Part shown: piece by piece, positions 27,712 to 36,202 of the stretch
Position numbering within the stretch: position 1 is the first letter of the stretch
Layout: every line of letters begins with the position of its first letter
From: Clostridia bacterium
Lineage (GTDB): Bacteria; Bacillota; Clostridia; Christensenellales; Aristaeellaceae
Assembly (NCBI GenBank): GCA_045590215.1
Contig: JAZNQO010000028.1
Location: 10,144 to 74,143, forward strand
Direction of reading: 5' to 3'
Length of the DNA: 64,000 nt
Position numbers and translations under genes: made by a program
Notes under the pieces: generated by a model
What the model was told of the DNA's origin: nothing
The model's input: the letters and a program-made list of their open reading frames with translations, nothing else
Databases searched by the model: none

Positions 27712-30126
27712 TTATTTTACCACGATGTTCAGCAGCCGTCCGGGCACGAAGATCACCTTCACGATGTTCCTCCCGTCCACGATCTTCTGCACCTGCGGCA
27801 GTTTGGGCAGTTCTTCCTGAGCGGATTCACGGGTCAGGGTGGAAGGAATCATCAGTTTGCCCTTCACCTTGCCGTTTACCTGCACGGCGATTTCCACTTC
27901 GTCTCTGGTGAGACAGTTTTCGTCATAGGAAGGCCACTGTTGCGTATACACCGGGGCACCATAGCCCTGCTGTTCCCAGATTTCTTCGCAGATATGGGGA
28001 GCCACGGGGCTGAGCAAGAGCAGCAGCGTCTTGTATTCCGCATGGTTCATGCTGCCCTTGGCATAGGCTTCGTTCACCAGCGTCATCATCTGGGCGATGG
28101 CGGTATTGAACTTCATCTGTTCAATATCTTCGGAAACCTTCTTGATGGTCTGGTGCACGGTCACTTTCAGTTCATCGCTGTATTCTTCGCCGTCCACCAG
28201 CATTTCCTGCAGCCGCCACACACGGTCCAGGAACTTGCGGCAGCCACGGGCACCGTTGGTGCTCCACGGAATGGCCTGATCGAAGGCACCCATGAACATT
28301 TCATACATCCGGAAAGCGTCTGCGCCGATATCCGCTATGATTTCGTCGGGGTTTTCCACGTTGCCTCTGGACTTGCTCATCTTTTCGCCGTCGGCACCCA
28401 GAATCATGCCCTGCGCCGTGCGCTTCATGTAAGGTTCAGGGCAGTTCACTTCACCGATGTCGTAGAGGAACTGATGCCAGAAGCGGCTGTAGAGCAAGTG
28501 ACGGGTCACGTGTTCCATGCCGCCGTTATACCAATCCACGGGCATCCAATAGTTCAACGCTTCCTTGGAAGCAAAGGCTTCCCCGTTGTGCGGATCGCAA
28601 TAGCGCAGGAAATACCAGGAGGAACCGGCCCACTGGGGCATGGTATCCGTTTCACGCTGGGCAGGGGCACCGCACTTGGGGCAGGTGCAGTTGACGTAGC
28701 TTTCAATCTTCGCCAAGGGAGATTTGCCGTCCGTGCCGGGCTGGAAATCTTCCACTTCGGGCAGCATCAGCGGCAGCTCTTCATAAGGCACAGCCACCAC
28801 ACCGCACTTTTCGCAGTGCACCAGCGGAATGGGCTCGCCCCAATAACGCTGACGGTTGAAAGCCCAGTCCTTCATCTTATATTGGACGCCGGCCTTGCCA
28901 ATGCCCATCTTTTCGATTTCTTCCAGCACACGGGCGATGGAATCCTTTTTATTGGTATAACCATTGAGGAAATCGCTATTCACCATTTCGCCGTCGCCGG
29001 TGTAGGCTTCTTTTTCAATATCGCCGCCTTTGATGACCTCGATGATGTCCACGCCGAATTTCTTGGCAAATTCCCAGTCACGCTGGTCATGGGCAGGCAC
29101 GGCCATGATGGCCCCGGTACCGTAGCCCATCATCACATAATCCGCCACGAAAATGGGCACTTCCTTGCCCGTCAGGGGATTAATGCCACGCAGGCCTTTG
29201 ATTTCCACACCGGTCTTATCCTTCACCAGCTGGGTGCGCTCAAATTCCGTCTTCTTGGCGCATTCTTCCCGGTACGCCATAATTTCATCCATATTGGCAA
29301 TGCGGTCGGCATACTTATCAATGAGAGGATGTTCGGGAGCCATCACCATGAAGGTCACACCAAAGAGGGTGTCGGGACGGGTGGTGTAAATCTCAATCTT
29401 TTCATCCAGCCCGGCGAAAGCGAACTTCACAAAAGCCCCTGTGGATTTGCCGATCCAGTTCACCTGCTGCTGCTTGATGTTTTCCGGGTATTCCACCGTT
29501 TCCAGCCCCTGCAAGAGCTTATCGGCATAGGCCGTAATGCGCAGATACCACACGTCTTTAGGCAGCTGCACCACGTCGCCGTGGCAGATATCGCACTTGC
29601 CGCCCTGGCTGTCTTCGTTGGAGAGAACAACTTTGCAGCTGGGGCAATAGTTGACCAACGTCTTATCCCTGAAAACCATGCCGTGTTCAAACAGCTTCAG
29701 GAAAATCCACTGGGTCCACTTGTAATAATTGGGGTCGGTGGTGTCCACTTCACGGCTGTAGTCGAAAGAGAAGCCGATTTTTTTCAGCTGCTCCCGGAAA
29801 TGATCCACGTTCTTTTTCGTCACCACGGCCGGATGCACGTTATTCTTGATGGCAAAGTTTTCCGTGGGCAGGCCGAAAGCGTCCCAGCCGATGGGGAACA
29901 GCACGTTATAGCCCTGCATGCGACGCTTGCGGGAAATGATATCCATGGCGGTGTTGGAACGGGGATGGCCCACGTGCAGCCCGGCACCGGAAGGATAGGG
30001 GAACTCAATCAGGGCGTAGAATTTCGGCTTGGAATAATCATCGGTAGCGGCAAAGGCATTCTTCTCTTCCCAATACTTTTGCCATTTGGGTTCAATCTGG
30101 GACGGCACATAGGGCTTGAATTCCAT
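27712..30126 (-). CDS. leuS: leucine--tRNA ligase
   Basis: 804 aa with the HVGH (HIGH) motif and the KMSKS motif (EKMSKSRGN). Confidence 0.98.
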   Translation of the reverse strand: MEFKPYVPSQIEPKWQKYWEEKNAFAATDDYSKPKFYALIEFPYPSGAGLHVGHPRSNTAMDIISRKRRMQGYNVLFPIGWDAFGLPTENFAIKNNVHPAVVTKKNVDHFREQLKKIGFSFDYSREVDTTDPNYYKWTQWIFLKLFEHGMVFRDKTLVNYCPSCKVVLSNEDSQGGKCDICHGDVVQLPKDVWYLRITAYADKLLQGLETVEYPENIKQQQVNWIGKSTGAFVKFAFAGLDEKIEIYTTRPDTLFGVTFMVMAPEHPLIDKYADRIANMDEIMAYREECAKKTEFERTQLVKDKTGVEIKGLRGINPLTGKEVPIFVADYVMMGYGTGAIMAVPAHDQRDWEFAKKFGVDIIEVIKGGDIEKEAYTGDGEMVNSDFLNGYTNKKDSIARVLEEIEKMGIGKAGVQYKMKDWAFNRQRYWGEPIPLVHCEKCGVVAVPYEELPLMLPEVEDFQPGTDGKSPLAKIESYVNCTCPKCGAPAQRETDTMPQWAGSSWYFLRYCDPHNGEAFASKEALNYWMPVDWYNGGMEHVTRHLLYSRFWHQFLYDIGEVNCPEPYMKRTAQGMILGADGEKMSKSRGNVENPDEIIADIGADAFRMYEMFMGAFDQAIPWSTNGARGCRKFLDRVWRLQEMLVDGEEYSDELKVTVHQTIKKVSEDIEQMKFNTAIAQMMTLVNEAYAKGSMNHAEYKTLLLLLSPVAPHICEEIWEQQGYGAPVYTQQWPSYDENCLTRDEVEIAVQVNGKVKGKLMIPSTLTRESAQEELPKLPQVQKIVDGRNIVKVIFVPGRLLNIVVK

Positions 30127-30167
30127 GGGGTTTTCCTCCTTTTATGTTCACGGAATGAAGTACACTT

Positions 30168-30426
30168 GCTGGGAACAAAAAAACTTCGCCCCTGCAAAAC
30201 ATGCAAAGACGAAGCTCATAAAACACTTCGCGGTACCACTCTGCTTGCCCGATTTTTTTCCGGGCCCCTTTTGCGCATTACGTGCGCCAATCGCCGCTTT
30301 TCAAACGGTATCGCTCCAGGGCGAGCGGCCCATCCCCTCCCGTCCGCACTTGCACCTGCCGTGCGGCTCTCTGCATCGGGCGAATGAAGGGCGTTCCCAT
30401 TCATCACGATGGATGGAATTATACCA
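30168..30426 (-). promoter_or_regulatory. T-box riboswitch leader of leuS with extended -10 promoter and terminator/antiterminator
   Basis: On the minus strand: TGGTATAAT (30426-30418); a stem I GA motif (GTGATGAATGGGAA); an AGAGAG box; the T-box sequence AGAGTGGTACCGCGAAG (about 30246-30229); then a terminator CTTCGTC...GGCGAAG followed by TTTTTTT (ends about 30172). Confidence 0.88.
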
Positions 30427-30623
30427 CGCCTTGCAAAAAAAGTAAAGCGGAAAATCACCGGGAAATCAGGAAAAATAACGGGTTTACACCGTTTTGCGCC
30501 ATTCTCATCCTGCACAAACGTCATGCTTTGTATCATCTGGTAAAAAAACAAAATAATAGTAGCAAATTGCGTCGGTTTATGATAAAATGAAAAAAAGCAT
30601 CACCGGAAAGCGAGGAATCATCC

Positions 30624-32129
30624 ATGCAGCTTCAAGAAGCCCGGGAACAATTGATGAAATTACAGGCCAAAATGAGCGCATACAGCCACGCTATGGGGCT
30701 GATTTATTATGACGGCTCCACCGCCGCCCCCAAGGGCACCGCCCAGAACCGAGGCCACAGCCTGTCTGTGCTGTCCGAAGAAATGTATAAGCTGTCCACC
30801 GGCGAAGAAACGGTGGCTTTGCTGGAATATCTGGACGGGCAAAAGGCGGAGCTTTCCCAAAAGGAACAGCGGATGGTGTATCTGCTTTTGAAGAGCATCC
30901 GGCAGATGCAAAAAATCCCCATGGCAGAATATGTGGCCTATGAGGAGCTGCTGGTGCAGGCAGACGATATCTGGCACACTGCCAAAGAAACCAACGATTT
31001 TCCTCTCTTTGAGCCGTACTTGGAAAAGATTTTTGAAACCAACATCCGCTTTGCCAAGTATTGCGCTCCAGAGATGGAGCCCTATGATTACTGGCTGAAC
31101 GAATACGAAGACGGGCTGACCATGAGCCAGTGCGACGTGTTTTTCGCAACGCTGCGCAGCCGCATCGTGCCCCTCCTTCAGAAAATCCGCCAGAAGCAGG
31201 GCTATATCGACGATACCTGCCTCTATGGCAATTTCCCCGAAAATAAGCAAGCCCAGTTTTCGGACCGGCTGATGGAAATTATCGGCTTGGATCGCAACCA
31301 CGTCACCATCGCCACCACAGAACACCCCTTCACCACTTCCCTCGGCTCCCATTTCGATACCAGAATCACAACGCATTATATCCCCAATAACGTATCCTCC
31401 TCCATGTACAGCGTGATTCACGAAGGCGGCCATGCCCTCTACGATACCGGCAGTGCTGATGACCTTGCCTACACCGTGTTGGACGGCGGCGTTTCCATGG
31501 GCATCCACGAAAGCCAGAGCCGCTTTTATGAAAATCTGCTGGGGCGCAGCCGTGCCTTCATCTGGCATATTTTCCCCGTGATGCAGAGCCTCTTCCCCTT
31601 ACAGATGCAGGGCGTGGGCGCAGAGGATATTTACCGGGCGGTGAATAAGGTGCAGCCCTCCCTCATCCGCACGGAAGCCGACGAAGTGACCTATTCACTC
31701 CACGTGATGATTCGCTATGAACTGGAAAAGAAAGTGATGCGTGGAAAACTTTCCGTGCATGATTTACCCAAGGAATGGAATCGGCTGTATAAAGAATACC
31801 TGGGCGTCACGGTGCCGGATGATACCCACGGCGTATTGCAGGACTGCCACTGGAGTCAGGGTTCCATTGGCTATTTCCCCTCCTATGCCCTGGGCAGTGC
31901 CTACGGCGTGCAGCTGCTGAACAAAATGAAGGAAACCGTAGATGTGGACACCTGCCTCAAGGAAGGCAAATTCGAGCCCATCAACGCATGGAACCGCCAG
32001 CATATCTGGCAGCACGGCTGCCTCTACTCCCCCAAGGAAATCTTGGAAAAGGCACTGGACGGCCCCTTTGACCCGGCCGCCTATACCGATTACCTGGAAA
32101 AGAAATATAAGGAACTGTATAACCTGTAA
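30624..32129 (+). CDS. carboxypeptidase M32 (Taq-type metallocarboxypeptidase)
   Basis: HEGGHALYD zinc motif, with the GIHESQSRFYEN and IRTEADEVTY blocks. Confidence 0.92.
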   Translation: MQLQEAREQLMKLQAKMSAYSHAMGLIYYDGSTAAPKGTAQNRGHSLSVLSEEMYKLSTGEETVALLEYLDGQKAELSQKEQRMVYLLLKSIRQMQKIPMAEYVAYEELLVQADDIWHTAKETNDFPLFEPYLEKIFETNIRFAKYCAPEMEPYDYWLNEYEDGLTMSQCDVFFATLRSRIVPLLQKIRQKQGYIDDTCLYGNFPENKQAQFSDRLMEIIGLDRNHVTIATTEHPFTTSLGSHFDTRITTHYIPNNVSSSMYSVIHEGGHALYDTGSADDLAYTVLDGGVSMGIHESQSRFYENLLGRSRAFIWHIFPVMQSLFPLQMQGVGAEDIYRAVNKVQPSLIRTEADEVTYSLHVMIRYELEKKVMRGKLSVHDLPKEWNRLYKEYLGVTVPDDTHGVLQDCHWSQGSIGYFPSYALGSAYGVQLLNKMKETVDVDTCLKEGKFEPINAWNRQHIWQHGCLYSPKEILEKALDGPFDPAAYTDYLEKKYKELYNL

Positions 32130-32137
32130 AAAACATA

Positions 32138-32161
32138 ACCGCCGTTTCTGCGGCGGTTTTT
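32138..32161 (+). terminator. intrinsic terminator after the M32 gene
   Basis: ACCGCCG-TTTCTG-CGGCGGT followed by TTTTT. Confidence 0.75.
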
Positions 32162-32179
32162 CAAACGGAGCGATGCAAC

Positions 32180-32821
32180 ATGGAACCCCGGAAATTAGCC
32201 ATTTTTGATTTTGACGGCACCCTCATCAAAGGGGACAGTATCGTCAGCTACATCCTCTTTGCAAAAGCAAAAAAAGCCATGACCCTTCGCCATTTCCTCG
32301 GCATTATCGCGCATCTGCCCCTGTGGGGCTTTCGCCGCATGACGGATGCCCAATTCAAGTCCTACGCCCTGCAGTTCCTCGCCACCCTTTCCCCGGAAAA
32401 GAGGGCTGCGCTGGATGGAGCGTTTGTGAAGGAAATCCTGCTGCCAAGCATTTATCCCAAGGGAAAGGCCGTGCTGGATGCCCGGAAAAAGGAAGGGTAC
32501 TTGGTTCTGCTTCTTTCCGCTTCCACGGAAAATTATATGCAGTATGTGGCAAACGTCCTGGAAGCGGACGGGCTCATTTGCACAAAGCTCAATGAAAAGG
32601 CGGAGGTTATGCTCAACTGCAAAGGAGAAAATAAGCCGCTGCTTTTGATGGAATATCTGAAAGCAAATGATGTCAAAGCAGATTTTGACGCCTCCTGCGC
32701 CTTCGGGGATTCCAAAAGCGATTTGCCCATTTTGGAACTGGTGGGCAATCCCATGATTGTGAACGGTAACCGCAAATTAAAAAAAGCCGCTCCCCATCTG
32801 CCCCAGGTAAACTGGCAGTAA
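32180..32821 (+). CDS. HAD-IB family hydrolase (SerB-like)
   Basis: FDFDGTLIKGDS motif I, SAS motif II and a C-terminal GDSKSD. Confidence 0.8.
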   Translation: MEPRKLAIFDFDGTLIKGDSIVSYILFAKAKKAMTLRHFLGIIAHLPLWGFRRMTDAQFKSYALQFLATLSPEKRAALDGAFVKEILLPSIYPKGKAVLDARKKEGYLVLLLSASTENYMQYVANVLEADGLICTKLNEKAEVMLNCKGENKPLLLMEYLKANDVKADFDASCAFGDSKSDLPILELVGNPMIVNGNRKLKKAAPHLPQVNWQ

Positions 32822-32895
32822 AATGCAATTTCCCCTTGCAATCATCCCTCGCCCGTGATACCATTTCCATACATAAACACAAGGAGGTCTCTTTC

Positions 32896-34125
32896 ATGAA
32901 ACGCTTTTTCTCTGCCCTGATGGTCGCCATCCTTTGCCTGCCCCTGTGCCCCCTGTCCGCTCTGGCCGCTGGGGAAGCCGGCACCGTCCTGACGGATTAT
33001 ACCCCCCTTTATACCCTCACGGAAAAGCACGGCTTTAAGATGGGCGGCTGCTTCTCCTATAATCAGCTGAACGACCAGAAATATCTGGACTTCATGAAGC
33101 AGCATTTCAATTCCATTACCTGCACCAACGAAACCAAGGCCTATTCCCTGCTGAACCAGACCCTCAGCAAGCTCAGCGATGACGGCACCCCCGGCATGAT
33201 CTATGTTCAGGCCGATAAAATGGTGCAGTGGGCGCAGGATAACGGGCTGAAAGTGCGTGGGCATGTGCTGGTGTGGGACGCCTATATGAACGATTGGTTC
33301 TTCAGGGAAGATTACGACAGCAATAAGCCCTATGCCGACAAGGAAACCATGCGTGCCCGGGTCAAATCCTATATCGAGCAGGTCATCACCCACTTTGAAG
33401 AAAAGTTCCCCGGCGTTATCTATTGCTGGGACGTGGTGAACGAAGCCATCGGCGATAATATGTCCGAAAGCGATTATTCCGACGCCCGGCATCTGCGCAC
33501 CGTGCGCAGCGGCGTGGATAACCTGTTCAAGACCCATGTGGGCGACGATTACGTGGAATACGCTTTCCTCTGCGCCAAGGATACCGTGGAAAAACTGGGC
33601 TCGGATATTAAGCTGTTCTATAACGACTATAACATGTTCTATCGGGACAAGCAGACCGCTGCTTTGGCCCTGATTGATTCTATCAATTCCTATGCCAAGG
33701 ACGAAAACGGCAATTACCGCCAGCTCATCGACGGTCTGGGCATGCAGGGCTACATCGGCGGCTATGGCAGCCAGAACGGCTGTCTGGACAAGAACCATCC
33801 CCTAATGATCAAAAACGCCATCCGTGCCTTTGCCGCCAAGGGCGTGGAAGTGCAGATCACAGAAATGGCCGTGCGCAATTTCGACGCCTCCGAAGCCACC
33901 GTCCAACGCCACGCCGAATTCTATGCGGAGCTGTTCAAGGTGTTCAAGGAAGTGAACAGCGGCGACGAAAAGCCGCTCACCTGCGTGGCCGTCTGGGGTG
34001 TTTCCGACAACCCCAATGCCTCCGGCTATACTTACAGCATGAACGGCACCCACAGCGGCTTGATTACCGAAAACTACGAAATCAAAACTTCCTTCCATCT
34101 GGTGCATGAGGAAATGAGCAAATAA
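32896..34125 (+). CDS. secreted glycoside hydrolase family 10 endo-1,4-beta-xylanase
   Basis: Signal peptide MKRFFSALMVAILCLPLCPLSALA. GHVLVWD, the acid/base WDVVNEAI and the nucleophile region QITEMAV. AAGGAGG lies 8 nt upstream of the ATG at 32896. Confidence 0.88.
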   Translation: MKRFFSALMVAILCLPLCPLSALAAGEAGTVLTDYTPLYTLTEKHGFKMGGCFSYNQLNDQKYLDFMKQHFNSITCTNETKAYSLLNQTLSKLSDDGTPGMIYVQADKMVQWAQDNGLKVRGHVLVWDAYMNDWFFREDYDSNKPYADKETMRARVKSYIEQVITHFEEKFPGVIYCWDVVNEAIGDNMSESDYSDARHLRTVRSGVDNLFKTHVGDDYVEYAFLCAKDTVEKLGSDIKLFYNDYNMFYRDKQTAALALIDSINSYAKDENGNYRQLIDGLGMQGYIGGYGSQNGCLDKNHPLMIKNAIRAFAAKGVEVQITEMAVRNFDASEATVQRHAEFYAELFKVFKEVNSGDEKPLTCVAVWGVSDNPNASGYTYSMNGTHSGLITENYEIKTSFHLVHEEMSK

Positions 34126-34220
34126 CCGCTCGAAGGAAATGAATTTATTGGAATTTCGTTTTTTCGCACGGAAAAAAGAAAATGTAAAGTAATATTGCCG
34201 CAGGCATAATGAAAATAAAA

Positions 34221-34270
34221 AACGGCGTTGGTCGGAAACAAGTTTCCCCACCGCCGTTTTCTTGTTTTTC
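34221..34270 (+). terminator. intrinsic terminator of the xylanase gene (inside repeat copy C)
   Basis: ACGGCGTTGG...CCACCGCCGT hairpin followed by TTTTCTTGTTTTT. Confidence 0.75.
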
Positions 34271-34328
34271 CGTCTGCTTTCGCATTCGGTGGCGGCGTTC
34301 CGCCGCCATGCCTGTGGTATGGCCTTTT

Positions 34329-34357
34329 TTGTGCCAATCTATAGGATGTGGTATAAT
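34329..34357 (+). promoter_or_regulatory. orphan promoter-like sequence with no ORF downstream
   Basis: TTGTGC, a 17-nt spacer, then TGgTATAAT (extended -10). It points at the inverted core fragment and into the 3' end of the convergent HAD gene. Confidence 0.4.
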
Positions 34358-34458
34358 AAATGAAAAACACAAGAATTTTCAGAGCTACTACATGGAACCG
34401 TGAGGGGATCCGTCCCTTGACCCGGTAGCGGATCAATGCCCCTGCCTCGTTCCGTCAT

Positions 34459-35166
34459 TTACAGCTCTTTCACAAACCGTATAGCGTCGTCAAAGCTGCC
34501 GCGGGGAATGCCTGTGATATCCACCTTATCCCCATTCAGCAGGCAATCTTCAATCAAAAACACCTGCATGCCGCACTGCATAGCTGCCACGTCTTCCACC
34601 GCATCATTGCCGATCATCAGGCAGTCTTCGCCCCGGAGCCCCATTGCATCCAATATATCCCGATAATAAGCCGGGTTGGGCTTGCAGAACCGGGCGTTTT
34701 CATAGGTGGTGTACAGCTCAAAATCCTCTTTTTTCAGGCCTGCCCATTGGATGCGCTGGCTGGTGGCGATATCCGGAAAGATGGGATTGGTGGCAAGGGC
34801 GGTGCGCAGCCCCTTTTCCTTCACTGCCATAACCAGCTCTGCCGCTTTTTCCGTATAGCCGCAGGCACCCTTCGCCTGCACGAAATCCGTGCGGTAAAAG
34901 GCCTCGAAAAGCGGCTCGTCCTTCCGTGCTTCCTCCCCAAACAGGGACGCAAAATAATCCCAGAACGCCGCTTCGTTGGACTTTGTGCCGTCGTTTTTCA
35001 CCATCACACGGGTGCCCTGCCAGATGGCGGCAATCAGCTTATCCGCTTCATAGCCGTGGGGAGCCAGCTTCTTCGCCAGTGCGCCGAAATAAAGTTTCAC
35101 AAACCCATCCTGATCCATGGGGAGCAATGTGCCGTCCAAATCAAATAATACCGCTTTAGTCGCCAT
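34459..35166 (-). CDS. HAD family hydrolase (subfamily IA-like)
   Basis: AVLFDLDGTLL motif I and IGNDAVEDV motif IV. GGAGG precedes the ATG at 35166. Confidence 0.85.
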   Translation of the reverse strand: MATKAVLFDLDGTLLPMDQDGFVKLYFGALAKKLAPHGYEADKLIAAIWQGTRVMVKNDGTKSNEAAFWDYFASLFGEEARKDEPLFEAFYRTDFVQAKGACGYTEKAAELVMAVKEKGLRTALATNPIFPDIATSQRIQWAGLKKEDFELYTTYENARFCKPNPAYYRDILDAMGLRGEDCLMIGNDAVEDVAAMQCGMQVFLIEDCLLNGDKVDITGIPRGSFDDAIRFVKEL

Positions 35167-35293
35167 AAAAACCTCCAAATGCAAAATACCCTCGTATCAT
35201 ACCATATTTCCCCGCCGCTTTTCAATCCTTCCCTTGACGGAAATGCACAATGGCACTATACTGAAGAAAAACGGCAAAAAGGAGATATACATT

Positions 35294-35749
35294 ATGGCAA
35301 AGAAGGTTGGCACCCTCATCAAAGAAGCCCGTACCGCCGCCGGCTTCACCCAGGCAGAGCTTGCCAGGAAAGTTACCGGCATCACCGCCGCCGATATCAG
35401 CAAAGCCGAACGGGGCGAAACGGAGCTTTCCGAAACCGTGCTGAAAAAAATCGCCAAGGCCTGCGGCGTTACCCAAGCTTCCCTCCTGAACGCTGCCAAG
35501 GGCACCGCTGAAAAGAAAACCACCACAGCCAAAAAGACCACCGCTGCCAAGAAAACCACCGCCGCCAAAACCACTTCCACGGCAAAGAAAACTTCCATGC
35601 AGCTCTCTGCCGATGAAAAGAAACTGGTGGAGCTCTATCGCAACGCCTCCGCCGAGGATAAAAAAGAAGCAGTCAAAGCCCTCAAGGGCGAAGACGACCC
35701 CGATATCCTGTCCGTGCTGGGCGACTTGCTTGGCGGTATTCTCAAGTAA
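35294..35749 (+). CDS. XRE-family helix-turn-helix protein with Lys/Thr/Ala-rich repeat linker
   Basis: LIKEARTAAGFTQAELARKVTGITAADISKAERGE is an HTH_3 domain. It is followed by TAEKKTTTAKKTTAAKKTTAAKTTSTAKKTS. AAAAGGAG precedes the ATG at 35294. Confidence 0.8.
   Translation: MAKKVGTLIKEARTAAGFTQAELARKVTGITAADISKAERGETELSETVLKKIAKACGVTQASLLNAAKGTAEKKTTTAKKTTAAKKTTAAKTTSTAKKTSMQLSADEKKLVELYRNASAEDKKEAVKALKGEDDPDILSVLGDLLGGILK
35508..35596 (+). repeat. imperfect ~15-nt tandem coding repeats (GCC AAR AAR ACC ACC) encoding the AKKTT tract
   Basis: Seen directly in the nucleotide sequence and in the translation. Confidence 0.8.
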
Positions 35750-35769
35750 GTTTTCTTTCAAAGGTTTCA

Positions 35770-35975
35770 CCCCTGTGACCCCACCGGGGAGATTCTCCCT
35801 TAAACCCCTTCCTGCGAAACGGGTATTTTTTCATACAAGCATTGTGCCGCTGAAACTTAACGCGGCACCACTTTCCGGGCCGGGCGGCTGAAAGCCGCCT
35901 TGCCGGATGCAAGGCATCCGGTGAAAACACACGAAAACTCCCGGAGAAAACTCGTTTTCTACCGGGACGTTTTTG
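35770..35975 (+). repeat. intergenic composite repeat, copy D (partial, diverged)
   Basis: Colinear anchors shared with copies A and B: CCTTCCTGCGAAA (35807-35819), a GAAACTTAA-loop hairpin with a 7-bp stem (35844-35868), and GAAAACACACGAAAA plus a hairpin and T-run (35923-35975). Confidence 0.55.
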
Positions 35976-36143
35976 CGTTTTCTCTCTGCCCGGAAAGCAA
36001 ATATCGTATTTTGCTTCAGGCGGAAAAACATCTGAATCCCCAACTCTCCCCCTTCGCCTGCCGAGTCCAGAGGCGAAGCCTTTGGCGCAGGGTTCGGGGC
36101 TGCGCAAGCCCCGAAAACACCCCGAAAACACGCAAAAACGCCA

Positions 36144-36200
36144 CAAAAAAAGCCGCCCTACGGTCAGTTCTTGCTGACATGAGGCGGCTGATTTATTTTG
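36144..36200. terminator. bidirectional terminator-like hairpin downstream of the mrp-like gene
   Basis: AGCCGCC...GGCGGCT stem with an A-run before it and T-rich sequence after it. Confidence 0.6.
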
Positions 36201-36202
36201 CT

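Larger units (their letters stand above)
34160..34446 (+). repeat. intergenic composite repeat, copy C (internally deleted; a 20-mer of the core is inverted)
   Basis: 34199-34270 aligns with 23978-24047, and 34271-34325 aligns with 24048-24110. 34414-34433 is the exact reverse complement of 1781-1800. Confidence 0.75.

Noticed and set aside
27364-30387. 1007-aa + strand ORF
   Set aside because: Antisense shadow of leuS. It also runs through the T-box leader.
34360-34428. 22-codon ORF (MKNTRIFRATTWNREGIRPLTR) just after the orphan promoter
   Set aside because: The ATG lies only 3 nt after the -10 hexamer, upstream of any plausible transcription start, and there is no RBS.
35508-35596. Short tandem repeats considered as a possible CRISPR-like or minisatellite array
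   Set aside because: The repeats are about 15 nt, imperfect, in frame and inside a well-supported CDS, where they encode the AKKTT tract. There is no spacer structure.
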